A stretch of 52,379 bases of DNA, taken from positions 1 through 52,379 of the IMG/VR virus record IMGVR_UViG_3300012667_000994, one strand, 5' to 3'. The DNA comes from a virus (Duplodnaviria; Caudoviricetes). A program made the position numbers and the translations under genes. The notes under the pieces are model-generated. The model made no database searches. It was given only the letters and a program-made list of their open reading frames with translations, and was not told the origin of the DNA. The stretch's first letter is position 1, and each line of letters opens with the position of its first letter. Shown piece by piece: positions 1-9,313 of the stretch.

Positions 1-105
1 GGATTATTTTGAGGAAATAGAAGATTCCGAAGATACAGAAAACGATATTTAAAAAGATAATTTATATTATTTAAAATATATTTTATTTTTTTAGTAAAGA
101 TTTAT

Positions 106-113
106 TATATTTG
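106..113 (+). promoter_or_regulatory. Bacteroidota sigma70-type -7 element (TATATTTG)
   Basis: Matches TAnnTTTG consensus in an AT-rich gap ~18 nt before the ATG at 132. Confidence 0.6.
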
Positions 114-131
114 TAATTAAAACATACCAAG

Positions 132-437
132 ATGGATTTAACAACAACCCCCTTTGATATTAAGTTATTAAGGAAAAAATGTGATTTTATAGAGTTTACC
201 GAGAATGGAATAGATTTAATCATGCTATCTCCGAAAAACTCCGAAATTAATTCTGGACATAGATATATGTTTGGAACTTATAAAGACAATAATTTTTATT
301 GGTTCTTTAATGGGAAGTCAATTGCCGATTCAAGACAAATGATGCGTGATATTTATTTTGAGATTAGCGAAAACATATTAGACAAAAACCAAGTTGTTTT
401 TGCTTATAAAGGAAATTTATATGGAAGTAGAATTTAA
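132..437 (+). CDS. hypothetical protein
   Basis: 101-aa ORF after promoter, overlaps next gene. Confidence 0.7.
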   Translation: MDLTTTPFDIKLLRKKCDFIEFTENGIDLIMLSPKNSEINSGHRYMFGTYKDNNFYWFFNGKSIADSRQMMRDIYFEISENILDKNQVVFAYKGNLYGSRI

Positions 438-732
438 AAAACTAAAAAGCACTTATGCGAAAGTAAAATTTTTACTGGAGCAAGTACCAGAATTATCAAC
501 CGACAATGACCGACTTATTTTTACGTTTTATTTTTACGAGTTAGGAAAGGATAAAATCAACGAAATGAGTGGTTATGATGTGTTTACCTACTTCAATAGT
601 AAATTTACCGACAAAACGGCTAAAATGGAAACTATTTCGAGAGCCAAAAGATTGGTTTTACAACTAAACCCAATTCTTAAAAAAGACAAAGCAGAAATAA
701 AAACACTTTTTAAAGTAAAAAATGTTGATTAA
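421..732 (+). CDS. hypothetical phage protein
   Basis: ORF; ATG at 421 preferred over track start 394. Confidence 0.7.
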   Translation: MEVEFKKLKSTYAKVKFLLEQVPELSTDNDRLIFTFYFYELGKDKINEMSGYDVFTYFNSKFTDKTAKMETISRAKRLVLQLNPILKKDKAEIKTLFKVKNVD

Positions 733-757
733 TTTTTGTGAAACCAAAAAACCTTTT

Positions 758-765
758 TATATTTG
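758..765 (+). promoter_or_regulatory. Bacteroidota -7 element (TATATTTG)
   Basis: Consensus match in intergenic gap before ATG 793. Confidence 0.6.
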
Positions 766-792
766 TAATGAACTTTAAAATATTTAACTAAA

Positions 793-1095
793 ATGCAAGT
801 TACCTTAATTACTACGGAAGGCGATATTAAAAAAGTAAATATCAAAACCTTTAAAGATGCAAAGCACTTTGTATCTAAAGACTTCTACGAAAGTCCAATT
901 GAAATTTTATATTTTTCAGATGGCAGACTAATTCTGTTAGACGAAGAAGGTAAGTTAAAAGGATTAGAATATAACGAAGAAGCTACCAGACGAGCAAAAG
1001 AAGATAATTTAATCTATCCAAGTGATTTTATTGTGGGTAATGTGATAATCGTTGACGATGTAGATGAGTTTGATAGTTTGGCTTATCAAGATTAA
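793..1095 (+). CDS. DUF3846-like phage protein
   Basis: LLDEEGKLKGLEYNEEAT...DFIVGNVII motif. Confidence 0.7.
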   Translation: MQVTLITTEGDIKKVNIKTFKDAKHFVSKDFYESPIEILYFSDGRLILLDEEGKLKGLEYNEEATRRAKEDNLIYPSDFIVGNVIIVDDVDEFDSLAYQD

Positions 1096-1098
1096 AAA

Positions 1099-1129
1099 AA
1101 AAGAGATAAGCGTGAACTTATCCCTTTTT
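1099..1129 (+). terminator. intrinsic terminator
   Basis: GAGATAAG/CTTATCCC stem followed by T tract right after stop. Confidence 0.55.
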
Positions 1130-1258
1130 ACCAAGAAACTTTTTTAACAACACTAATGGATAAAAGTGTAATTTAAACAAATATACAATGCTTTCAATTC
1201 TAATGGGTTTTTATAAAACACTTTATTTAAAACAAAACCTAAATTAAATAGTTTTACT

Positions 1259-1549
1259 TTGAAAACACGATTCTACAAATATTTTTTTTTAGGAGTTGAA
1301 AAGCCAATAATCATGGAAGCAGAAAATAAAACCGATGCAGACCAAATGATAGTTCAATTGCAATACAAATCCCAGACTTCGATAGATTTTAATAAGCTGG
1401 TTGATGTTCGTGTTGAAACGCCTATTGTTGGTATATCTACAAGAAAGCGAAAAGGTAAAGATTTTGTATGGGTCGGAAAGGAATACACTAGCGATGGTTG
1501 GCTAGAAAAAGACGAATACGATAGAATTAATAACTTGAACAATAAATAA
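1259..1549 (+). CDS. hypothetical protein
   Basis: 96-aa ORF (TTG start), TAATG coupling to methylase. Confidence 0.65.
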   Translation: MKTRFYKYFFLGVEKPIIMEAENKTDADQMIVQLQYKSQTSIDFNKLVDVRVETPIVGISTRKRKGKDFVWVGKEYTSDGWLEKDEYDRINNLNNK

Positions 1550-2184
1550 TGGAAATTACAGACAAAATAACAATTACTAATGAGGATAATATGCTATTGA
1601 TGGCTCGTTATCCAGACAACTACTTTGATTTGGCTATTGTTGACCCTCCTTATGGTTTAGAAAGACTACAAAAAGGTTCTTTAAGATTAGGTGGAGTAAA
1701 AGGAAACTACAAAGAAAAATTAGAGTGGGATAAAAAACCAACAGAAGAATATTTTAACGAGTTATTTAGAGTTTCAAAAAATCAAATTGTATGGGGTGCA
1801 AATAATTTTATAATGCCAACAAGTGAATATTTTTTAATTTGGAATAAAAAACAGACAGTAGATAATTTTGCTACTGCTGAATATGCTTGGGTAAGTATGG
1901 GTTTAAAAACTCCTGCCAAAATATTTGATTATGGAATACATAAACACAACCATACTGATAAAATACACCCAACACAAAAACCTATTGATTTATACAAGTT
2001 TATATTGGACAAATACGCAAAGGAAGGCGATAAAATACTCGATACGCATTTGGGTAGCGGAAGTATTGCAATAGCTTGCCACGATTACGGATTTGAATTA
2101 ACAGCTTGTGAACTTGACAAAGAGTACTTTGATAAAGCAATACAAAGAATAAAAAACCACGTTTCTCAACAAAAATTATTTTAA
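1549..2184 (+). CDS. DNA N6-adenine/N4-cytosine methyltransferase (beta class)
   Basis: IVDPPY catalytic motif, HPTQKP, ILDTHLGSGS SAM-binding motif. Confidence 0.93.
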   Translation: MEITDKITITNEDNMLLMARYPDNYFDLAIVDPPYGLERLQKGSLRLGGVKGNYKEKLEWDKKPTEEYFNELFRVSKNQIVWGANNFIMPTSEYFLIWNKKQTVDNFATAEYAWVSMGLKTPAKIFDYGIHKHNHTDKIHPTQKPIDLYKFILDKYAKEGDKILDTHLGSGSIAIACHDYGFELTACELDKEYFDKAIQRIKNHVSQQKLF

Positions 2185-2185
2185 A

Positions 2186-2674
2186 ATGAAAATATCTCAA
2201 TCATTCGTAAAAGAGTACAGTAAGTACAAGCAAAAAAAATCATGTGGTTTGCAAGTCAAAGCGAAGTATATAGACAAAATTAAATTCCCATCAAGTCCAA
2301 TAATGGAATTAGGTAACTACTTCGAGTTTATGGCTACTGGTTGTTTACCTAGAAGTGGCGAAATACCTACACCCGAAATGGTTTACAAAGGTACTGCAAA
2401 AGAGAAGTTGGCTACCGATTACGAAAGAGCAAATGCAAGTGCCGAGTTTTTTAAAAAGGTAATTGCAGAGCATAAAATTGAAATACTTGAAACTGGAAAG
2501 GTTATTACAAAAGATAACCGAACTGGTATATTGGACATAGTGGCGAAATTCCAGTTCCAGAAATGGCTTACAAAGGTACAGCAAAAGAAAGATTATCTAC
2601 GGACTACGAAAGAGCAAATGCAAGTGCCGAGTTTTTCAAGAAAGTTGCAAAAGAGCTTAACATTGAAATTTTAG
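2186..2674 (+). CDS. N-terminal fragment of PD-(D/E)XK exonuclease, frameshifted at the duplication junction
   Basis: ISQS..K.Y..C..LGNYFE start typical of phage Cas4/AddB-like nucleases; reading frame lost after about 2549. Confidence 0.65.
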   Translation: MKISQSFVKEYSKYKQKKSCGLQVKAKYIDKIKFPSSPIMELGNYFEFMATGCLPRSGEIPTPEMVYKGTAKEKLATDYERANASAEFFKKVIAEHKIEILETGKVITKDNRTGILDIVAKFQFQKWLTKVQQKKDYLRTTKEQMQVPSFSRKLQKSLTLKF

Positions 2675-2736
2675 AAACTGGAAAAATAATTACTAAAGAT
2701 AACCGAACTGGTATTTTAGATATTGTAGCCAAGTTT
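2354..2736 (+). repeat. 185-nt-period imperfect direct duplication inside the nuclease gene
   Basis: AGTGGCGAAAT at 2354 and 2539; both copies encode YKGTAKE.L.TDYERANASAEFFKKV...DNRTGILDIVAKF. Confidence 0.95.
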
Positions 2737-3153
2737 AATAATAGAATATGCGTTATTGACTTAAAGTATAGCGGACTTTTAGATGACAAATGGAACGAAA
2801 TGGGTTGGGAAACTGAATCATTACCATACAAAGATAATTTAATGGTTCAAGCGGTACACTACACTATTCTTTTAGCCGAAGTTTGCGAAGTAGACTATGA
2901 AGATATTGACTTCTACTTTTTTGTGTTCAATTCAAAAGACCCAGAGGATGCCAAAATCATAAAAGTAAATATTGACCCAGATGTTTTTGAAAGCCACTTA
3001 CAAGCAGTTGATAAAATTTACGAGGAAGTGGTTTTGAATAATCATAATTTCAAACCTTATCCAAGCTTAAAACTATGTAAAAGCTGTCCGTTAACCGATT
3101 GCAAACACAAACTAACTATTCCTACAATAGAGCAGGTTTACTACACAATATGA
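2563..3153 (+). CDS. PD-(D/E)XK exonuclease, catalytic and C-terminal part (RecT partner)
   Basis: GILDIV...VIDLKY, QAVHY, C-terminal CKSCPLTDC; upstream of RecT. Confidence 0.8.
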   Translation: MAYKGTAKERLSTDYERANASAEFFKKVAKELNIEILETGKIITKDNRTGILDIVAKFNNRICVIDLKYSGLLDDKWNEMGWETESLPYKDNLMVQAVHYTILLAEVCEVDYEDIDFYFFVFNSKDPEDAKIIKVNIDPDVFESHLQAVDKIYEEVVLNNHNFKPYPSLKLCKSCPLTDCKHKLTIPTIEQVYYTI

Positions 3154-3401
3154 TAAACGAAAAAGAAATAGATTATTTAGTTAACTTAACTCAAGCAGAT
3201 ACTCAATACTATATTCGCTACAAATCACAATTAAAAAAGTTTGCAGTAGATAATAGAGCTGAAATAACCAAAGCAAAAATGGTTAAGATTTTTTCTGAAA
3301 TAGAAACAATAACATTGCATATTCAAAAACTCAAAAACCAAGAACAAGAACTTTTAAAACTTTTAGATAACATTTATTATGGAAACAACTCAAGAGAATA
3401 A
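3150..3401 (+). CDS. hypothetical coiled-coil protein
   Basis: ATGA overlap with nuclease stop, so start at 3150. Confidence 0.65.
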   Translation: MINEKEIDYLVNLTQADTQYYIRYKSQLKKFAVDNRAEITKAKMVKIFSEIETITLHIQKLKNQEQELLKLLDNIYYGNNSRE

Positions 3402-4233
3402 CCAAACACCAGCAAAACGTGAACTATCTTTAATTGATAAATTCACTAACACCATGAGTGTTTACGAGCAAAAAAACCTTGTAGAATTACTTCAAAATTC
3501 AAGTTTTACCCCAGCTAAATTTAAGCAAGTGGTAATTACAGAAATTCAAAAAAATGTAAAGTTGCAACAAGCTTTTTTGCAAAACCCAGCGAGTTTGTTT
3601 GCCAGCATATTACATTGTGCTGAATTAGACTTATCTCCGAGCCAAATGGTAGGCGAGTTTTTCTTTATTCCTTTCAAAGATACCATAACACCAGTTTTAG
3701 GATATAAGGGTCTTATAACGCTTCTATTGAGGTCGGATAAAATTAAGAAGATTTGGACTGAAGTGGTTTATGAAGATGATGACTTTATTTACGAAATGGG
3801 TTTAGAGCCAAAATTAGTGCATATACCTAATCATGATGCCGATAGAAGCAATAGCAAGATTAAGTTTGTCTATGCGTGTGCAAAGCTAGAAGATAATGAA
3901 GTTACTTTTAAGGTTATGTCAACAAAAGAAGTAAGAGGTATTATCAATACGCTAAAAGTTTCAAATGAATTGTACTTTAATGACAAAAAAGACCCAGAGA
4001 ATTGGATGATTAAAAAAGTTGTCTTAAAACAATTAGCTAAAACCCTACCAAAGCAAGATGACCGATTGAAAAAAGCTATTTCTACCGATGATAATGTAGA
4101 AGGAGGTAGTTATTTAGTAATTGATGACAACGATAACGTTAAATTAGTACAAGGAAACATTATAGGTACAAGAAAAAATAGCCTTTACAATGCTTTAAAC
4201 GTAAAAAATGAAGCTGAACTATTGGATAGTTAA
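3379..4233 (+). CDS. recT: RecT-family single-strand annealing protein
   Basis: SLFASILHCAELDL, GEFFFIPF, LGYKGLITL, EVVYEDDDF, WMIKKVVLKQLAK motifs. Confidence 0.9.
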   Translation: METTQENNQTPAKRELSLIDKFTNTMSVYEQKNLVELLQNSSFTPAKFKQVVITEIQKNVKLQQAFLQNPASLFASILHCAELDLSPSQMVGEFFFIPFKDTITPVLGYKGLITLLLRSDKIKKIWTEVVYEDDDFIYEMGLEPKLVHIPNHDADRSNSKIKFVYACAKLEDNEVTFKVMSTKEVRGIINTLKVSNELYFNDKKDPENWMIKKVVLKQLAKTLPKQDDRLKKAISTDDNVEGGSYLVIDDNDNVKLVQGNIIGTRKNSLYNALNVKNEAELLDS

Positions 4234-4329
4234 ATATTTTTTGTAAATTTGTGTTCACACTAAAGTTTCCGACTTCTGAAAGACTGAAACACCTTTAGAT
4301 GCTTTTATATCAAATTAAACTAAAAAGTT

Positions 4330-4362
4330 AAAACCCGATTCACCAAGCGTTTCGGGTTTTTT
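4330..4362. terminator. bidirectional intrinsic terminator between convergent arms
   Basis: AAAACCCGA...TCGGGTTTT inverted repeat. Confidence 0.75.
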
Positions 4363-4363
4363 C

Positions 4364-4990
4364 TTATAAAATACGAAAAGTTGTTTTGTTTTTATGTCTG
4401 CCTAAAAGTTGGTCATTTAATGTTTTTCTATTCATTTTTAAATGTTCAGCACATTCTTTTATACATCCAAAAATTATTCCAGTTTCTTCACATATAACTT
4501 TTTTTGCTCTTGGATTTCCTCCGTTTTTCTGTTTATCCCCAACGGAAATTTTTCGTTTTAATTTTGACTCCTCTGTAAAAACTCTATGCTTTAAAGATTC
4601 AAATAGTTTGTCTTTTAATTCTTGACTTATTTTTTTTCCAAATCTATGATTTTTAGAACCCATCCTACCTAAAGACATCTTTTTTTTTGATTCTTCAGTA
4701 AAAATATATTTTTTTGAATTTATATCAGTAATCATGCAATTTAGTCCATTTTCTCCTAAAACATCAAAATATATTTGATAGAAATTCTCCCTTTTATTTA
4801 AGTTTTCAATAGAACATTCTTCTAATATTTCAAAGACGTGAGATTCTAAACCATATTTTTCAAAAGACCTATTTAACCTTATTTGAGTTTTACTATGTTT
4901 ATAATCTCTCCATCTTGTTTTTATATCTTTAGATTGTCCTATATAAACCTTATTTGATGGAGATGTTATTTTATAAATTCCACAAATCAT
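4364..4990 (-). CDS. free-standing GIY-YIG homing endonuclease with NUMOD-type DNA-binding repeats
   Basis: GIYKIT...[17 protein letters not shown] repeats, C-terminal KKVIC..TG..F..IKECA. Confidence 0.9.
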   Translation of the reverse strand: MICGIYKITSPSNKVYIGQSKDIKTRWRDYKHSKTQIRLNRSFEKYGLESHVFEILEECSIENLNKRENFYQIYFDVLGENGLNCMITDINSKKYIFTEESKKKMSLGRMGSKNHRFGKKISQELKDKLFESLKHRVFTEESKLKRKISVGDKQKNGGNPRAKKVICEETGIIFGCIKECAEHLKMNRKTLNDQLLGRHKNKTTFRIL

Positions 4991-6813
4991 ATTCCCCCAT
5001 CAATAATTATCCAATTTTTTGGAGCAGAAGTCAATACTAATCTACCAGCACTTCCCCCAGCGGTATATTTAATAGTGCCGAAACTAATTGTAAGGTTTGG
5101 TTGAACTGATAACAAACTCCAACCATTGTATATTGCATCTAAATTAGCCGAACTATAATCTGAATCGGTTTTCCCTTGCATAAAATTAGTAAAGTTTGTA
5201 ACACCAGATATATCCCACGAACCAATATTTTGATTAAATGCAGTAGCATTTGCAAACATTGAACTCATATTTGTAGCACCTACAACATTCCAAGAACCTA
5301 TGTTTTGATTAAATGCACTTGCACCAGAAAACATTTGTGTCATATTAGCTACAATACTAACATTCCAAGAAGTTATATTTCCATTAAAAGACGAAGCACC
5401 ACCGAACATAGCGTTCATATTTGTAACACTACTTACATCCCAACTATTCAAGTTTTGATTAAATGCAATTGCATTTGTAAACATGGTTTGCATATTTGTA
5501 ACAGCACTAACATTCCAAGAACCTATGTTTTGATTAAACGCATTTGCACTTTGAAACATTCCAGTCATACTAGTTACACTACTAACATCCCAAGAACTTA
5601 TATTTCCATTAAATGTGGTTGCTAATAAAAACATTTGTGTCATATTTGTAACACTACTTACGTTCCAACTATTCAAGTTTTGATTAAAAGAACTTGCTTG
5701 CCTAAACATTTGTATCATGCTTGTAACACTACTTACATCCCAACTATTTAAGTTTTGATTAAATGAAGTTGCTTGTTGAAACATATTAACCATACTTGTA
5801 ACATTACCTACATTCCAAGAAGTAATATTCCCATTAAATGCAGTTGCTTGCCTAAACGTTTGTGTCATATTTGTTACGCTACTAACATCCCAGCTATTCA
5901 AGTTTTGATTAAATGCAGTTGCTAAATAAAACATAGAATCCATACTGGTAACGTTAGAAACATCCCAGCTATTTATATTTTGATTAAACAAAGAACTACG
6001 GAACATATTGTCCATGTCTGTAACATTACTTACATCCCATAAATCAATATTATTAATAGTAGAAAATTGATAACCAAAAAACATACTTTCACAACTCGTA
6101 CAATTACCAAAATTTAAAACTCCAGAAACAGAAGTTAAGTCAAGATTTGTGCAACCATAAAATTGTCCGCCAATACTTCCTATTAATTCAAAATCTCCCC
6201 AACTTGCTACTGATAAAATTTTTAATTTATCTCCAGCATCGTTAAATCTAAAACCTTTACAAACTCCATCAATAGAAATAGTATAAGTTCCAGAACTTGC
6301 GTATGTATGTGTAACTTCCGCTTGATTCCAAGCAGTTATTGTATCTAAATTTCCATCTCCCCAATTTACCACAAAATTATATACCCCTCCAGAAAATAAT
6401 GGTAAGGCTACTTGATTTGAAGCACTTGAACCGCCAGAAGTATTAGCGGTATTCCATGTAGAAACAAAAGGAAAACCTATCGTAATATTAGAATAAGTAT
6501 AGATACTTGACGAAACATAAATTGTTGTTCCAGAATAATTAAATATGCCTATGCCTAATGTATTAAGTGCTTCTACTACCCCTGCAATGCTTTGTGTTGT
6601 TACATTTGCAGTTAATGTTATTGGCGTTGGGTTTGTAGTTGAAGTATAAGTAATATTTACACTATTTATCCCAACAAAACTTTGTGTTGATAAATTAAAA
6701 GAATAAAAGTTATTTGAATCGTTTGCACTATTTGAATTAGGTATAACCCCAAGAATTGAAATATCTTGTTGAAACGAAGTATTATTTACTATTTTTAAAT
6801 TTATGCTTTTCAT
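4987..6813 (-). CDS. adhesin/spike: capsid-like N-terminus, PKD-like domain, DUF285 (BspA-like) repeats
   Basis: [20 protein letters not shown]; about 12 copies of 25-aa FNQN[LI].SW[DN]VS.VT.M..MF. Confidence 0.85.
   Translation of the reverse strand: MKSINLKIVNNTSFQQDISILGVIPNSNSANDSNNFYSFNLSTQSFVGINSVNITYTSTTNPTPITLTANVTTQSIAGVVEALNTLGIGIFNYSGTTIYVSSSIYTYSNITIGFPFVSTWNTANTSGGSSASNQVALPLFSGGVYNFVVNWGDGNLDTITAWNQAEVTHTYASSGTYTISIDGVCKGFRFNDAGDKLKILSVASWGDFELIGSIGGQFYGCTNLDLTSVSGVLNFGNCTSCESMFFGYQFSTINNIDLWDVSNVTDMDNMFRSSLFNQNINSWDVSNVTSMDSMFYLATAFNQNLNSWDVSSVTNMTQTFRQATAFNGNITSWNVGNVTSMVNMFQQATSFNQNLNSWDVSSVTSMIQMFRQASSFNQNLNSWNVSSVTNMTQMFLLATTFNGNISSWDVSSVTSMTGMFQSANAFNQNIGSWNVSAVTNMQTMFTNAIAFNQNLNSWDVSSVTNMNAMFGGASSFNGNITSWNVSIVANMTQMFSGASAFNQNIGSWNVVGATNMSSMFANATAFNQNIGSWDISGVTNFTNFMQGKTDSDYSSANLDAIYNGWSLLSVQPNLTISFGTIKYTAGGSAGRLVLTSAPKNWIIIDGGI
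5200..6050 (-). repeat. 75-nt (25-aa) tandem DUF285 repeats
   Basis: Periodic ttgattaaa / acattccaaga motifs; boundaries approximate. Confidence 0.9.
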
Positions 6814-7274
6814 ATCTTATTTTTTCTAATTAAGTAGGTTACTAGAACACCAATAGCAATAATAGAACCCCACTTAAACACTTGATTACTAACTAATTTT
6901 TTATCAGTAACAAAATTTACATAATGCTCACAATTAAAGTTTATAAAATCATATTTATAACCTTTCAAAGCTTCATACATTTGAGTTAAATCTTTACTCC
7001 CTAAATTACTTTTGGTAACTGAAATAATATCTTTCCCTTTAATGTATGTATCAAGTGGCTCACAAATTAAATTACCGCCATTTGAGTTTATTTTATCCGT
7101 TTGTAAGTGGTAAATATAAAGCCTATCGCCTTGTTTTTCAACTATTGCATAGTGATATAAAATCGGTAAAATATCTACTTTCAACTTTATTAAATCCCCA
7201 GTTTCAAGTTTAGATATAGTATGCTCTCTATTTTGTATTTTAATTTCGTTTAAATCGCCTAAACTATATGACAT
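6810..7274 (-). CDS. LRAT/PLAAT-like permuted NlpC/P60 (papain-like) enzyme with C-terminal TM helix
   Basis: GDLI...YHYAI...[15 protein letters not shown]; start 7274 preferred. Confidence 0.85.
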   Translation of the reverse strand: MSYSLGDLNEIKIQNREHTISKLETGDLIKLKVDILPILYHYAIVEKQGDRLYIYHLQTDKINSNGGNLICEPLDTYIKGKDIISVTKSNLGSKDLTQMYEALKGYKYDFINFNCEHYVNFVTDKKLVSNQVFKWGSIIAIGVLVTYLIRKNKI

Positions 7275-7704
7275 CGCTAAAGTTTTTGAAAAAATCATTA
7301 TCAAAAGCAGAAGTACCAGAAAGATAATCTCGCATAGTTAATTCATTAACATAAATATTCATGAAAACAACTTCGTTTGGCAAAATACTCATATCAATAG
7401 TAGTTTGTCCGTTTAAAACAACGTTTTCCCTCGCCATTTTAAAGAATACTGACTTTTGATATTGATATGGGTCGATAGTTGGTTTTTGTTCAAAAGACTT
7501 AATGTAACCATTAACATCGTATTGCTCAACTACAAAGCCGTTTAATATTTGCGAATTAGAATTAGCTTTTAAGTAAACCTCATCTACACCATATACAAAG
7601 CTACCCATTGAATTTAAAATGGATTGATAAGAAGTTCCATCAGTACTTGTTACCGAAACAACTCCATTCACAAAAGTAGTAACTGTTGGTATGTATGTTG
7701 GCAT
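7264..7704 (-). CDS. truncated paralog of the major capsid candidate (minor capsid/penton-like)
   Basis: Shares Y..[IM]L, Q[IV]L, D.NG and PTIDPYQ.Q with 30023..30724. Confidence 0.7.
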   Translation of the reverse strand: MPTYIPTVTTFVNGVVSVTSTDGTSYQSILNSMGSFVYGVDEVYLKANSNSQILNGFVVEQYDVNGYIKSFEQKPTIDPYQYQKSVFFKMARENVVLNGQTTIDMSILPNEVVFMNIYVNELTMRDYLSGTSAFDNDFFKNFSDVI

Positions 7705-7707
7705 AGT

Positions 7708-8058
7708 TTATTTTTTTTCTATTTCTTCTTCAGCAATTACGCTACCTTTTTTATTCATTGCTCGTAATAAACCAGTTTTTTTAGATATTACTACCTTAAT
7801 GCCTTGTTCTTTTAGAATCATTGCACTTAACTTGTCTAATTCAGCTTTTTTCTCTCCAGAGTTTATTGCTTCACGCATAGCTTGAAGTCCTATAACCGCA
7901 TTTTCCTTTTCCTTTTTTACATCTTCAGTAGCTTCTTTTGGTGCAGAATATTTATCGTCTAATGACTTTGTTCCATTGTCTTTTTTTGGTTTAAATATCC
8001 AAACCAAACCAAGTGCAACACCTAAAGTTACCAATAATACTTTTACTTCTTTATTCAT
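7708..8058 (-). CDS. N-terminally anchored membrane protein
   Basis: Hydrophobic residues 7-22 flanked by Lys. Confidence 0.75.
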   Translation of the reverse strand: MNKEVKVLLVTLGVALGLVWIFKPKKDNGTKSLDDKYSAPKEATEDVKKEKENAVIGLQAMREAINSGEKKAELDKLSAMILKEQGIKVVISKKTGLLRAMNKKGSVIAEEEIEKK

Positions 8059-8420
8059 CGTTTTTTCAATTTTAATAACAATAGAGCATAGATTAAAACC
8101 CCTGCTCCTAAACCAACGTACAAAATAGTTCTTTGTTTTTTACCTTCTTTTTTTAATTCATCAATTTTTTGTTTGTCAACATATTGATAAACTATTTTTT
8201 GTCTTTCTAGTTCGGTTTCAGCTTGTTGTACTTTTGCTAAAAGTTCTTCTTGCTTTTTAGCATCTAATTTAGCTATTTCTTTTTCAAACCTTTTTTGGTC
8301 TGATTTTATTGACGAAGCAAAAGCATAATTAACAATAAGACCAGTAGCAATCGAAACCGCTTCTGTCCATCCGCCTAAAGCACTACCACCGCTAGGTTTT
8401 ACATTTGTTGGAACTGGCAT
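8055..8420 (-). CDS. membrane protein with C-terminal TM
   Basis: Coiled coil plus ILYVGLGAGVLIYALLLLKLKKR. Confidence 0.75.
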   Translation of the reverse strand: MPVPTNVKPSGGSALGGWTEAVSIATGLIVNYAFASSIKSDQKRFEKEIAKLDAKKQEELLAKVQQAETELERQKIVYQYVDKQKIDELKKEGKKQRTILYVGLGAGVLIYALLLLKLKKR

Positions 8421-8422
8421 AA

Positions 8423-8767
8423 TTATCCTTTTTTATAACTTCCACCTACTAAAGCAACTCCATAAATTAATGAAATTCCTAAACCACTACCCACTACATA
8501 AATCCAAGTGTCTTTAAGTCTTTTAGTGCTTTCCTCTTGCAAAGCAACTCTATAACCTAACAAAGTACCAGCAAGAATTTTTGTTCTCTCGGTTTCTCCT
8601 AAAAGCTTTAATTCCTCGTATTTTAATTTTTCTTGAGAAGTCAAATTAGACAAAAACATTGCTTTTTGCAATTCTCTTTGTTTTTTCGCTTCTTTTTTAG
8701 CTCTTTGACCGCCTATAACACTTGTTATTATAGAACCGCCTACCGATGCCACCGCTACATAACTCAT
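8423..8767 (-). CDS. membrane protein, Gly-rich N-terminus and C-terminal TM
   Basis: Resembles pilot/entry-type virion proteins in composition. Confidence 0.7.
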   Translation of the reverse strand: MSYVAVASVGGSIITSVIGGQRAKKEAKKQRELQKAMFLSNLTSQEKLKYEELKLLGETERTKILAGTLLGYRVALQEESTKRLKDTWIYVVGSGLGISLIYGVALVGGSYKKG

Positions 8768-8773
8768 AAAAAA

Positions 8774-9256
8774 TTATTTTAATTGTTTGTATTTATTGTA
8801 ATCTTCAAATGAAGAAACAACAAATTTTTCCTCTAATTGCTCTATATCTTCCTCATTATCTGGATTAGGATGAACGTTAACGAAAATAGAATCTTCCATA
8901 GCAACTACAACTCTTTTTGTTCCTGCTGGGGATTTTCCATAAAAAGGAGCAACCATTTCTTCTACTCCGTTTTCCGTACATAACATTAATTTTCCTTTTA
9001 ATAAGAAAAAAGCGTGGTCGTGTTTATGTATTTTACCAATCGCAACTACGCCTTGTTTTAAAAATATTTCTCTTAAATAAATTCCATCACAAAAAGTGTG
9101 AGTTAAAGGCAAAGCTTCTGAATTACCTATTACTACATCTGGAGAGCCACTATTAATCATTAAGCTTTCAAGATACTCAACTTGCTGATAAAAATTTGAA
9201 CCATTTTGCTCAAAAAAAACAGCGTTTTCTTTTTGTTCTACTTCTTTTAAATCCAT
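8774..9256 (-). CDS. phage cupin-like protein
   Basis: HTF.DGIYLREI...GKIHKHDH...SPAGTKR. Confidence 0.7.
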   Translation of the reverse strand: MDLKEVEQKENAVFFEQNGSNFYQQVEYLESLMINSGSPDVVIGNSEALPLTHTFCDGIYLREIFLKQGVVAIGKIHKHDHAFFLLKGKLMLCTENGVEEMVAPFYGKSPAGTKRVVVAMEDSIFVNVHPNPDNEEDIEQLEEKFVVSSFEDYNKYKQLK

Positions 9257-9313
9257 TAGTGAAAAATATTAATAATATAGCACAATATTACGAAAAAATT
9301 ATTAATTATAATA

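Noticed and set aside
2354-2736. Duplication as a DGR template/variable repeat pair
   Set aside because: Differences are not adenine-specific and no reverse transcriptase is seen in the window
4364-4990. GIY-YIG gene as part of a group I intron
   Set aside because: Coupled by ATGA overlap to an intact upstream gene and followed by a terminator; no interrupted host gene
5200-6050. Regular repeats as a possible CRISPR array
   Set aside because: 75-nt coding repeats in frame within the DUF285 protein; degenerate at third positions and without unique spacers
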